Source: Snowella sp. (GTDB lineage: Bacteria > Cyanobacteriota > Cyanobacteriia > Cyanobacteriales > Microcystaceae). Taken from it: a stretch of 64,000 nt of DNA. Within the stretch, counting starts at the first letter, position 1. Each line of letters begins with the position of its first letter. The notes below the pieces were generated by a model, which saw only the letters and a program-made list of their open reading frames with translations, did no database searches and was not told where the DNA came from. Below, one piece after another: positions 48,352 through 57,394 of the stretch. The position numbers were made by a program, and so were the translations under genes. Location of the stretch: contig QBMS01000003.1 of the NCBI GenBank assembly GCA_003249095.1, positions 15,875 through 79,874 of the forward strand, in the 5' to 3' direction.

Positions 48352-49386
48352 TTAAGCTTTATCTGGATTGAGTGTTTTAACAAACTGAGAATCTAAAATT
48401 TTCGTTAAATCAGGAACTTTCTTAATAAAACCAACATTTTTCATAAAATCTGCCATTTTTGTCGCCGCATAGGGCATACTTTTCATTGTATTACCAGGAC
48501 TAAAGGCTTCAATATTCTCTGCGATCGTAAAAAATCGAGTCCCTTCTTTATAGAGTTTTAATTCTTCTGGACTAATTCCTGCTCGCTTCGCCATGATTTG
48601 ATCGGATTTTTCAGGATTTTTTTCCATGAAATCCCGAACTTCAAACCAGGTTTTAACTAAGGCTTGAACTTGTTCAGGTTTTTCTTTTATTAATTTTTCA
48701 GTCACTACTAAAAGATCAGGGATAGCTCCAGGAAAATCCTTAGAGCTAGCAATCTCCTTCGATCCTTTTCGTTTTAAAGCTGTTAACCAAAAAGGAGGAA
48801 AGGCTCCTACTCCATCAACTTTTCCCGATGCAAATGCTGCGGCGGCGGCCCCTGTTTCAAGGGGGACAATCTGCACATCTTTGCGAGACATTCCTGCTTT
48901 TTCTAAGACTAAGCTCAGTAAAAAATCATCAACAACTCCTTCTTCAACGGCAATTTTTTTACCTTTTAAATCTTTAACGCTATTAATTTCTTCCGCGACA
49001 ATAATTTTGTCATTACCTGCCGAGTTGTCATTGACTAAAACGGCAACTTCTCCATTAATTGCTTCTCCTGCAAAGGCGATCGTATCGTTTAGGGTTTGAC
49101 TATTTCCGTCTAATTGTCCTGCGGCCAAAGCTTGTAAGGATTCGAGATAACCATCAAACCATTTCATTTGCACATTAATATTATTTTTAGTGAATAAACC
49201 CTCTTCTTCCGCGATCGCCCAGGGCCACCAGCCCGCCCAATTACTATAACCGATGACGATAGGAGGTGTATTGGTTACAGGATTATTGGCAGTGGGAATT
49301 TCTTTAGGAGCCTGATTACAGCTAACCGTTAATAGCAAGGTGCTAAAAAATACCAACAGTAAAGAAAAGAAATTACGTCGTTTCAT
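48352..49386 (-). CDS. ABC transporter periplasmic substrate-binding protein (NMT1/THI5-like)
   Basis: Lipoprotein-like signal (MKRRNFFSLLLVFFSTLLLTVSC) and an NMT1-type binding-protein body. The ATG at 49386 is preferred. Confidence 0.85.
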   Translation of the reverse strand: MKRRNFFSLLLVFFSTLLLTVSCNQAPKEIPTANNPVTNTPPIVIGYSNWAGWWPWAIAEEEGLFTKNNINVQMKWFDGYLESLQALAAGQLDGNSQTLNDTIAFAGEAINGEVAVLVNDNSAGNDKIIVAEEINSVKDLKGKKIAVEEGVVDDFLLSLVLEKAGMSRKDVQIVPLETGAAAAAFASGKVDGVGAFPPFWLTALKRKGSKEIASSKDFPGAIPDLLVVTEKLIKEKPEQVQALVKTWFEVRDFMEKNPEKSDQIMAKRAGISPEELKLYKEGTRFFTIAENIEAFSPGNTMKSMPYAATKMADFMKNVGFIKKVPDLTKILDSQFVKTLNPDKA

Positions 49387-49459
49387 GATTGATATAGTGA
49401 TATATGACAAGACTTAATAAATAGTAAATAACAAATTTTTATTTATAACCGTTACCGAT

Positions 49460-50149
49460 TTAACCGTTCAAACAAACAGGCATCTTAATTTGGCTTTTCA
49501 CCCAGCCAAACCAGTCATTTAAACCTTCCCCTGTTTTAGCAGAAAGGAAAATAATTTTTACACTTGGATTCATGGAGCGAACATTATTTTCTAATTTTTT
49601 TAAATCAATTTCTAAATAGGGAGCGAGATCTAATTTAGTGACTAATAAACAATCCGCTTCTTGAAACATGATCGGGTATTTAAGGGGTTTATCTTCCCCT
49701 TCCGTAATGCTTAATAATGCCACCTTAGCGTGTTCTCCCACTTCAAATTCCGCAGGACACACTAAGTTACCAACATTTTCTACAAATACTAAATCAAATT
49801 GTTTAGGATCATAATTTTCTTTTAATTGATGAATTCCTCCTGCTACCATCCGTGAATCTAAATGACAGGAACGCCCCGTATTAATCGCAATTACAGGAAC
49901 TCCATATTGTCGTAGGTGATCGGCATCTAATTCGGTAGTCATGTCGCCTTCAATTACTGCCATTTTGATTTGATGTTGCAGAGCTTCGAGGGTTTTTTCT
50001 AGTAACACAGTTTTGCCTGCTCCAGGACTACTCATGAGGTTTAAACAAGTAATTCCCCATTCATCAAAATGTTCGCGATTGTGATCGGCTCCTGTTTGAT
50101 TGGCGTGAAGAAGATTCATTTCTAGGGCTGCGTCAAAGGTTTGGTGCAT
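49460..50149 (-). CDS. ghaB: HypB-like Ni-binding GTPase, predicted accessory protein for the adjacent hydrolase
   Basis: G1 motif [10 protein letters not shown] motif [16 protein letters not shown], and TKLD (NKxD-like). The ATG at 50149 lies one nt after the hypA-like stop. The symbol follows my recollection of Synechocystis sll1079. Confidence 0.8.
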   Translation of the reverse strand: MHQTFDAALEMNLLHANQTGADHNREHFDEWGITCLNLMSSPGAGKTVLLEKTLEALQHQIKMAVIEGDMTTELDADHLRQYGVPVIAINTGRSCHLDSRMVAGGIHQLKENYDPKQFDLVFVENVGNLVCPAEFEVGEHAKVALLSITEGEDKPLKYPIMFQEADCLLVTKLDLAPYLEIDLKKLENNVRSMNPSVKIIFLSAKTGEGLNDWFGWVKSQIKMPVCLNG

Positions 50150-50150
50150 T

Positions 50151-50507
50151 TTAATTAATAAGGGAATATTCAATGTGATCAATTTTTAATTCTCTGCCTG
50201 AGCGAATATCATCCATCGGCGATCGGCAGATTGGACAGGAGTATTGCAAACCGATTTCAGGTTGATATTCTTTTTGACAAACATGACAATAGGCTATTAA
50301 GGGAATATCTTTAATGACTAATTCCACACCATCTAAAAAAGTATTCTGAGTCTGTACTTCAAAGGCAAACTGCAAACTAACGGGTTCAACGCAGGTAAAT
50401 TTACCCACAATTAAATGAATTTTTTCGATTTTAAGCTTTTCAGGTTGGCTATCATACCAATCTTGAACAGTTATCATCAAAGCCTTTGTCATGTCGGTTT
50501 CGTGCAT
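50151..50507 (-). CDS. ghaA: HypA-like Ni metallochaperone, predicted accessory protein for the adjacent hydrolase
   Basis: N-terminal MHE Ni-binding motif and a zinc site, CHVCQ...CPICRS. 118 aa. The symbol follows my recollection of Synechocystis sll1078. Confidence 0.8.
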   Translation of the reverse strand: MHETDMTKALMITVQDWYDSQPEKLKIEKIHLIVGKFTCVEPVSLQFAFEVQTQNTFLDGVELVIKDIPLIAYCHVCQKEYQPEIGLQYSCPICRSPMDDIRSGRELKIDHIEYSLIN

Positions 50508-50524
50508 CGTGGTTAGCTTAGTAT

Positions 50525-50884
50525 TTAGGAATTACTCTTTGTTTTTTCTAATCGCATTTTTTGAGCGACTTCGGTAGTTAAATCTCCTTTGCTATCAGCT
50601 TTTAAAACACAAATTAAAATGGTTAATTCATCTAAATTACCATCAGTCATCCAATCGACTAAAAATCCTAGATAATCTTGAACACTTTTTTCTGCTTGCC
50701 TCGGATTTTTCCAGACACGCGCCATTGACAAATTGTTCGTAATACCAGCAGAAGATTCATCTGCTTTTTCCTTGTCAAGAGGGGGCAAGGCATTTTCAGC
50801 GGCCGCATAGATGTTGAATTCAGAAACTAGGTTTAAGACATAACCCACCTTTTTATTAATAGGAGTTCCAAATCCTTTCGCCAT
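50525..50884 (-). CDS. hypothetical protein embedded in the hydrolase/Ni-chaperone operon
   Basis: 119-aa ORF with an ATG start, 17 nt upstream of the hypA-like gene and 55 nt downstream of the hydrolase gene. No TM segment and no recognisable family. Confidence 0.55.
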   Translation of the reverse strand: MAKGFGTPINKKVGYVLNLVSEFNIYAAAENALPPLDKEKADESSAGITNNLSMARVWKNPRQAEKSVQDYLGFLVDWMTDGNLDELTILICVLKADSKGDLTTEVAQKMRLEKTKSNS

Positions 50885-50939
50885 AATTTTCTCTTCATAA
50901 ATAAGTTATTTGTGTCTCTAATTATCCATTTTTTTTACC

Positions 50940-52118
50940 TTAGAGCCAAGGTTCATCTACGGCCATATTCGCTTCAGAATGAATGTAATAGGGCTTTTCT
51001 TTGCGGGGTAATTGACCCGATAAAACCAAATGGGCGATCGCATCACAAATGACACGAGTTGCCATCAAAGAAGTCATATCACTAATGTCGTAGGGGGGGG
51101 AAACTTCCACGACTTCCATGCCACAAATAGGAGCTTTTTGGATGATTTTTCCTAATAAAGCCAAGGCTTCACGGGGTAATAATCCCCCAGGTTCGGGCCA
51201 ACCTGTACCAGGGACAAAACCTGCATCAATGCAATCAATATCAAAACTAATCCAAACGCAATCTGTTCCATCTAAAGCGCGTTCGAGGGCAAATTCGGCG
51301 GCGGCATCAATACCTTGTTCCACAATATCGGTGACGGTGAGAATGTTTGTTGCTCGTTCCCGACAAACTTTTACGCCTTGACGGGGAACTTGCCAACCGC
51401 CGATGCCTAATTGTACTAGGTTTTTTGCAGGGGCATTTTTCATGTTGGTCGCGTGGAACCAGGGACAGGTGTGCATCCGTTCATCTAGATCTGTTTCTTG
51501 GGTATCTACATGGCGATCGAAGTGAATAATACCGACTTTTTTATCGCCTAAGTGCCGACAAATGCCGCGAACGGTCGGAAAACCGATGGAATGATCGCCC
51601 CCTAAAATAATGGGAAAGGCTCCCGAACTAAACACATGGGCAACGCCTTTCGAGATTTGATCAAAGGATTTTTCATTGTTAGCAGGAATAGTAAAAACAT
51701 CACCCACATCACAGAGAGTAATTTGTTCCCGCAGATCAACCCCCATTTCAAAGTTATAGGGCGTGTACAGAGCTGAAATACGACGGATTCCCTGGGGGCC
51801 AAAACGAGTTCCAGGTCGGTAGGTCGTGCCTGAATCGTGGGGAACGCCCATAATAGCCACATCATACTCTCCGACTTTCCGCACATCCTCTAAATAAGGG
51901 GCTTTCATGAAGGTATTAATGCCCGCATAGTGGGGTAATTCTCCCCTGGAAAAGGTGGGAATGGTGCGATCGCGGATACTATCTGCCGCCTCTAGCCCGT
52001 AGGTTAAGCCTTGGGAAACTTCCTGTTGCCAACCTGTGAGTGGTAACTGACTCTCTTTTTCCAGAGCGCGCTGGGCTTCGGAGGAATCGGGGGGTCGAAA
52101 AGATGGTTGCTCGGACAT
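50940..52118 (-). CDS. gdmH: arginase/agmatinase-fold ureohydrolase, predicted Ni-dependent guanidine hydrolase
   Basis: Ureohydrolase metal motifs GGDHSI, HFDRHVD and SFDIDCID. The ATG at 52118 is preceded by GAGGTGAG. Function is inferred from the guanidine-I riboswitch and the HypA/HypB-like partners. Confidence 0.8.
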   Translation of the reverse strand: MSEQPSFRPPDSSEAQRALEKESQLPLTGWQQEVSQGLTYGLEAADSIRDRTIPTFSRGELPHYAGINTFMKAPYLEDVRKVGEYDVAIMGVPHDSGTTYRPGTRFGPQGIRRISALYTPYNFEMGVDLREQITLCDVGDVFTIPANNEKSFDQISKGVAHVFSSGAFPIILGGDHSIGFPTVRGICRHLGDKKVGIIHFDRHVDTQETDLDERMHTCPWFHATNMKNAPAKNLVQLGIGGWQVPRQGVKVCRERATNILTVTDIVEQGIDAAAEFALERALDGTDCVWISFDIDCIDAGFVPGTGWPEPGGLLPREALALLGKIIQKAPICGMEVVEVSPPYDISDMTSLMATRVICDAIAHLVLSGQLPRKEKPYYIHSEANMAVDEPWL

Positions 52119-52185
52119 AAATCTCACCTCAAAAAACAACTACCCAGGACACTTCAACAAAACTGATTTTTTCAGTTCTCGTTAA

Positions 52186-52310
52186 AGTCTCCCGGGCTTT
52201 TATCCCGCCGTGTAGCTAACTTGGATATTTAAATTGGGTTACAAGTTCAGCCTGCTTCTCTCGGACCTGACACTTAAGATATTTTTCCTTAAATCGGAAC
52301 CCTAGAAACA
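52186..52310 (-). promoter_or_regulatory. guanidine-I riboswitch (ykkC-yxkD motif) aptamer
   Basis: The minus strand reads CTAGGGTTCCG (52305-52295), then GGTCCGAGAG (52267-52258), then ACACGGCGGGATAAAAGCCCGGGAGA (52213-52188). These are the three most conserved blocks of the ykkC consensus, in the right order and spacing, about 70 nt upstream of the hydrolase start. Confidence 0.85.
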
Positions 52311-53123
52311 ACTTTGTTCAAAGTTTAAAAGATTCAAATTCAAAAAACAGTATCAATCGTCACAATCGTAGAATTTTCTTTCATGGTAAGTAGAGAAAAA
52401 AAATTTTCCCATCTCTAATATTTAGAACAGTTTTAATTTTTTTAGATGAGTTCTCGGATCATAAAATTATTTCTAAAAAAAGAAGATTACTACTTTTTTC
52501 GCCATATTCATTATCGTTTACCACAATGATAAGTCCTTTAAATCTCGCTTTCAATCCTAAAATTTTTTAGTGTTTAAATGTTTTTCGCAGTTTCAAACAC
52601 TTAATTATTGTCTGTTTTTGAGGAATGTAGATGTTGATTATTGTAAAAAATCTTTCCACCTAATTCTTACCTAATTCTTAATCAATCAACTTAGTCAATT
52701 ATCATGGAAAGATAAAAGTTTAAATTTTACCAAGCAAATTTTTAGATTTTTTTTAGTTAAAATTCTAATTTTTGGTATTTCTTCAGAAGATAAATATTTA
52801 AGATTCACATTTATTAGCTTTTTTGAATAAGCCTCTAGAAATTGATAGTTCTATATAACAAATTTTACTCTAGCAAGAGGCTGGACCCCCTTTTAAATAC
52901 CTAGCTATAGACGACTTCTCTCTTTTAGGGCTTTTTGAAAATTATTTCTCTATATTTTCTAAAGAGAATGGCGTTAATTGATATTATTATATTTTAAACA
53001 TCCTAAGATCCTTATTTTAATCAAGCTTTATTAAAGACCCATCGTTCCAATTCCTGCTTTTTCTCATGTTTTGCCTTTAATTCAAAAAAATTACTGTTTT
53101 TCCTTACTTTCCCCGTCGAATTC

Positions 53124-54656
53124 ATGCCTGATTCAAATACTTCCTTTGCCAGCTATTATCACGAACAAACCAAGTATCATCCAGAAACGATCGCGTCAAA
53201 AAACAAAGTTTTGGACTGGGGAAGTCAGCCCTCAGTTTTTAAGGAGTATAAAATCGGGACAATCTACGATTTACAGCCGTTTTTGACCGCTTCTTTGACT
53301 GAAGATCCTGATACAAGAGCTTGGGAAAGATTATCTCGCCTTTTAGCCTGTAGCTATGGTCTGACCGCAAAAATTCCCAGCATGGGAAAGCCCATTTATT
53401 TGAGAACGGCTCCCTCGGCTGGGGGACTGTATCCCGCAGAGGTCTATTTGATTTCCAGAGGAACAAAGCTTTTACCCTCTGGTTTGTATAGCTATCAACC
53501 CCTGACCCATTCCTTGATCCATTTTTGGGCTAGTGAAGTTTGGACAAAGTTGAAAGAAGCTTGTTTTAATCATTTAGCCCTGAAAAATACGAGTTTAGTG
53601 CTGGTGACAACGGCAATTTTTAATCGTTCCGCCTGGCGTTACGAAGACCGAGCCTATCGACGAATTTTTCTGGATACGGGTCATCTTTTGGGAAATATTG
53701 AGTTGGCTGGCGCGCTCTATGGATATCATCCCCACTTAATCGGCGGTTTTCGAGATCAGGCGATGAATGATCTGCTTTATCTTGATGCCGATCAAGAAAG
53801 TGTGATGACCGTGATTCCTTTGACCGATTTACAAACGGCTAACTCCGCGATCGTGGAATCTCCCCTCACGGCCTTGCCTTCTCCCATTGGTCGCGATTTT
53901 CCCTCAGTCAGGGCAGGAGAATTACTCAAGGCTTTTCACCACGCAACGGAAATTCAGGAGCCACTATCGAAGGATTTATTGCGATCTCAAGTCACTCATC
54001 AGGGAGCGGAAGATAAATATAATTTTCCCTTTTGTCTAAAAATCTCTACTCAGACATCTCCGATCAATTGGGGAAATAATCTCGCTGAACTAGAAAAAAC
54101 CATTCTCCGTCGCCGCTCAACCAGGGCCTATACGGGAGAATTTTTAACCCTAGATGAATTGAAGGCATTGCTAAGTTTTACCTATCAGTCTCAAGATTAT
54201 GAAACACAAAATCTCGACTCCAGCCCTGATTATTTTGATTTAAGTTTAATTCAAACCTTTATTGCCGTTTCAGGGGTAACGGGTCTGGAAGAAGGCTGTT
54301 ATTATTACGCGCCCCAAGCCCAGGAGTTACGCCAAATTCGGTTTAAAAACTTTCGTTCTGAATTACACTATCTCTGTTTGGGTCAGGATTTAGGACGGGA
54401 TGCGGGGGCTGTGATCTTCCATACGGCGGATCTCCAACAGGCTGTCCAAAAATACGGCGATCGCGCCTACCGATATCTCCATCTAGATGCGGGACACCTG
54501 GGACAACGCCTAAACCTAGCCGCTATGCAATTGGGTTTAGGGGTGAGTGGCATTGGAGGGTTCTTTGACGATCAGGTCAATGAGGTGCTAGGTATTCCCG
54601 AAGATGAAGCGGCACTATATATTACAACCCTTGGCCGTCCACGGTTTTTGTTCTAG
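53124..54656 (+). CDS. SagB/ThcOx-family dehydrogenase (tandem nitroreductase-like domains)
   Basis: 510 aa. Two halves each carry nitroreductase-fold signatures (PSAGGLYP, RAYRRIFLDTGH in the first; RRRSTRAY, RAYRYLHLDAGH in the second). N-terminal YHEQTKY is typical of SagB-type domains. Confidence 0.7.
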   Translation: MPDSNTSFASYYHEQTKYHPETIASKNKVLDWGSQPSVFKEYKIGTIYDLQPFLTASLTEDPDTRAWERLSRLLACSYGLTAKIPSMGKPIYLRTAPSAGGLYPAEVYLISRGTKLLPSGLYSYQPLTHSLIHFWASEVWTKLKEACFNHLALKNTSLVLVTTAIFNRSAWRYEDRAYRRIFLDTGHLLGNIELAGALYGYHPHLIGGFRDQAMNDLLYLDADQESVMTVIPLTDLQTANSAIVESPLTALPSPIGRDFPSVRAGELLKAFHHATEIQEPLSKDLLRSQVTHQGAEDKYNFPFCLKISTQTSPINWGNNLAELEKTILRRRSTRAYTGEFLTLDELKALLSFTYQSQDYETQNLDSSPDYFDLSLIQTFIAVSGVTGLEEGCYYYAPQAQELRQIRFKNFRSELHYLCLGQDLGRDAGAVIFHTADLQQAVQKYGDRAYRYLHLDAGHLGQRLNLAAMQLGLGVSGIGGFFDDQVNEVLGIPEDEAALYITTLGRPRFLF

Positions 54657-55023
54657 AGTATTGATAATATCCACAATTAATTATTCCCGATTCCAGAAAT
54701 TGGAGCAAAAATCGGTTATTATTCATCTCAACCTAGAAGGCGATAAACTTTCACTTATATATAACCAATAAACCTTCCTATGGGAATCTTTAATATAGAA
54801 CAAAAAAAATAAAAATCATGAATCCTTTAGGGAGAGCAATGGGGCAAACAAAACATTCTCTCTCAACTTGACTGCAAATAAGCCAAAAATTTCTTGATTA
54901 ACCTAATTAATTCGTAACTATTCACTCTAGGCAAAAACGGCCAACAAGTGCTATACCATCTATAGTGCTATGGACAACTAGACCCCCTTGACCCAACCCT
55001 CGTCTTTTTTCATTGATAGAACC

Positions 55024-57345
55024 ATGTCAAACCCCCAATCCAATGGTATTAATCTTAGTGAGTATCCTCTAATTCAAAACTCCTTCTCCCAAAACTCTGT
55101 AAATCCAGCTCCAGAGGTATTCGAAGATGACGATGAAGAATTAGATCTCAGGCAAATTTCTAAAGTCATTCGTCGCCGAGGATGGTTAATGCTAGGGGTA
55201 GGGTTGGCCGTGACTTTTTTGGTGGGAAGTAGACTTATGAGCCGCCCCCCCATGTATCAAGAAAAATTTCAACTACTAGTTCAACCCCCAGGGACTGATA
55301 TGTCTAACCCTCTTGCAGGGATTCAAAGTCTCACGGCTGGCTTGAACCTGGGGAAGGATGTTTCTTACTATGACACGCAAATACAAATTCTTCTGAGTAA
55401 CAAACTCCTACTACCGATCGTCGATCAAGTTAACCAAGAATTTCTTCAAGACAAGACTAATCGAGAATATTTCCAGGGAGATGATCCACTCAAAATTTTT
55501 GATCTTGACTTTTTGCTTCGCAACTTGAAAGTAGGACAATCTAAAGATACTCAAATTTTGGAAGTTAGCTTTCAAGATAAGGATCCAAAGTTAGTTGAAT
55601 TCGTTTTACGAGCTTTGTCAAATGCCTATTTAGCCTATACCCTAGAAGATCAAAATATCAAGTCTGCTCAGCAGTTATCCTTTGTTGACAAACAAATTCC
55701 GGCCGTTAAAAAACAATTGGCCGACTTACAAAAACAACTCCAAGAGTTTCGCCTTAAAACTAACTTTATTGATCCCCAGTCTCAAGGAAGTGTGATCTCC
55801 AATAGCCTGGTCGCATTAAATCAAGGAAAACAAGAAAATGAAGCTCAATTAAATCAATCCATAGCCCTATATAACAATTTGCGCCAACAGCTAGGAATTG
55901 GTGAACAGGAAGCGATCGCCCTGAGTGCCTTGACCGAATCTCCCCGCTACATGGGACTCTTAAATCAGTTAAGAGAAATCGACAGTAAATTGGCGGCAGC
56001 GTCAGCTCGTTATACCGATGACAATGTTATTATTCAGCAACTCCAAGCAGAAAGAGAAAATCTACTGCCGCTCCTTTCCCAGGAAACCCAAATTGCATTA
56101 AAAGGTCTTCCCATTGATTCAACCCAGTTCCAGAGTAAATTTGTTTCTCCCAATAGTATTCGACTTAATCTTACCCAGCAAATCCTCGTAGCCGCAAACC
56201 AAGTCAAAGAAGCCAAGGCACGCCAAAAATCTTTGGCAGCTACTGAGCAACAAATGCGTCAATATATCAAAGATTTTGCCAACGCTTCAGGACGCTATGC
56301 AGAACTGACAGGAGAAATTGAAATTGGCACTAGAAGTTTAACCTCTCTACTATCTGCTAAACAATTGCTAGAGGTAGAATCGGCTAAACAATTTATTCCT
56401 TGGCGGCTAGTTTCGGAAATTCGCACTCCCCAAAGACCTTACAGTCAGTTATTCCGAAATTTATTGTTGTCTTTAGTAGCGGGAATCGTTGCTGGGGCGG
56501 CGGTCGGGCTACTGGCAGAAAGTTTAGACCGCAGTTTTCATACTCCCGAAGAAATCACGGAAGAAACAGGGGTTAGTGTGTTGGGGACGATTCCATACCA
56601 GCCTGGAATGACCGATTTTAAAACAAAAGCCTTTAAGATTTTTGATCAAAAAAAATCGGATTGGACTGGCTTCATGGAAGCTTTTTCTTTTTTATATACC
56701 AATCTCTTCTTTCTTCGAGAACGCCGCTCCTGCCGTTCTTTTGTGATTACCTCTGCCATTCCTGGGGAAGGCAAGTCCACTAACGCATTTTTCCTCGCTG
56801 AATCAGCAGCTAAAATTGGGCAAAAAGTCTTACTAGTGGACGGAGACCGTTATTTTCCCCAACAACAACGCTGGTCATTGCTTGCCAGGGTTCATGGGCA
56901 AGAGCCAGAGGTTCCCTTTGAAGAACTGCCCGATGACTCAGATAATCAGCTCGTTCCATCGCTCATGAGTCAGAATCTCTACGTGATCAAGGCCGCAGGG
57001 AAATGGTTTAATCCGACTGAATTAGTCAGTTCTAAAAGTTTAGCGATGTTTATTAAGCAGTGGGAAGAAGAGTTTGATCTAATTTTGGTCGATTCCCCCC
57101 CTCTTCTAGGAATCGCTGATACGAAATTATTGGCTAATCAGACTGATGGTGTGTTACTCGTCGTGCGTTTGGATAAAACCAGTCGTGATCTCACCAAGGA
57201 AGTTTTATTAGAGTTAAAAATGTCCAATATTCCTATCTGGGGAATTGTTGCCAATGGAGCGAAAAACTCTAATCGCAGGGATTATTATTACTATAATTAT
57301 TACCGTAAGGCGAAAGCAACCAATGCTCAACTCGCTCGTTTTTAG
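55024..57345 (+). CDS. wzc: polysaccharide co-polymerase / tyrosine autokinase (Wzc/GumC-type)
   Basis: Wzz-like N-domain with two TM helices and a long coiled coil. The C-terminal BY-kinase has Walker A PGEGKST and Walker A'/B (VLLVDGD, ILVDSPP), plus a terminal tyrosine cluster RRDYYYYNYY. The ATG at 55024 is preferred over the TTG at 54988. Confidence 0.85.
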   Translation: MSNPQSNGINLSEYPLIQNSFSQNSVNPAPEVFEDDDEELDLRQISKVIRRRGWLMLGVGLAVTFLVGSRLMSRPPMYQEKFQLLVQPPGTDMSNPLAGIQSLTAGLNLGKDVSYYDTQIQILLSNKLLLPIVDQVNQEFLQDKTNREYFQGDDPLKIFDLDFLLRNLKVGQSKDTQILEVSFQDKDPKLVEFVLRALSNAYLAYTLEDQNIKSAQQLSFVDKQIPAVKKQLADLQKQLQEFRLKTNFIDPQSQGSVISNSLVALNQGKQENEAQLNQSIALYNNLRQQLGIGEQEAIALSALTESPRYMGLLNQLREIDSKLAAASARYTDDNVIIQQLQAERENLLPLLSQETQIALKGLPIDSTQFQSKFVSPNSIRLNLTQQILVAANQVKEAKARQKSLAATEQQMRQYIKDFANASGRYAELTGEIEIGTRSLTSLLSAKQLLEVESAKQFIPWRLVSEIRTPQRPYSQLFRNLLLSLVAGIVAGAAVGLLAESLDRSFHTPEEITEETGVSVLGTIPYQPGMTDFKTKAFKIFDQKKSDWTGFMEAFSFLYTNLFFLRERRSCRSFVITSAIPGEGKSTNAFFLAESAAKIGQKVLLVDGDRYFPQQQRWSLLARVHGQEPEVPFEELPDDSDNQLVPSLMSQNLYVIKAAGKWFNPTELVSSKSLAMFIKQWEEEFDLILVDSPPLLGIADTKLLANQTDGVLLVVRLDKTSRDLTKEVLLELKMSNIPIWGIVANGAKNSNRRDYYYYNYYRKAKATNAQLARF

Positions 57346-57394
57346 TTTTTTTATGTGTGTATATTCTGAGTCTCCTGATAGAAAATCCGAAAGA

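Noticed and set aside
49460-50507. hypA/hypB interpreted as hydrogenase maturation genes
   Set aside because: No hydrogenase structural genes or hypCDEF lie in the window. The two genes sit inside an operon headed by a guanidine riboswitch and a ureohydrolase-fold enzyme, so a role in Ni delivery to that enzyme fits the context better.
50940-52118. Agmatinase (speB) for polyamine synthesis
   Set aside because: The fold and metal motifs fit the agmatinase family. The guanidine-I riboswitch, the Ni-chaperone partners and the NitT/TauT importer point instead to free guanidine as substrate. This stays an inference until the enzyme is assayed.
52155-52177. Intrinsic terminator as the riboswitch expression platform
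   Set aside because: The stem is only a 6-bp A/U-rich helix (AACTGA/TCAGTT) and the U-tract is interrupted. This is too weak to call as a feature, so it is mentioned only as a possibility.
52446-52529. 27-codon ORF (MSSRIIKLFLKKEDYYFFRHIHYRLPQ) as a RiPP precursor for the SagB-like enzyme
   Set aside because: It has no Cys/Ser/Thr-rich core, no leader-like motif and no YcaO partner, and it lies about 600 bp from the dehydrogenase gene. It is most likely a chance ORF in AT-rich DNA.
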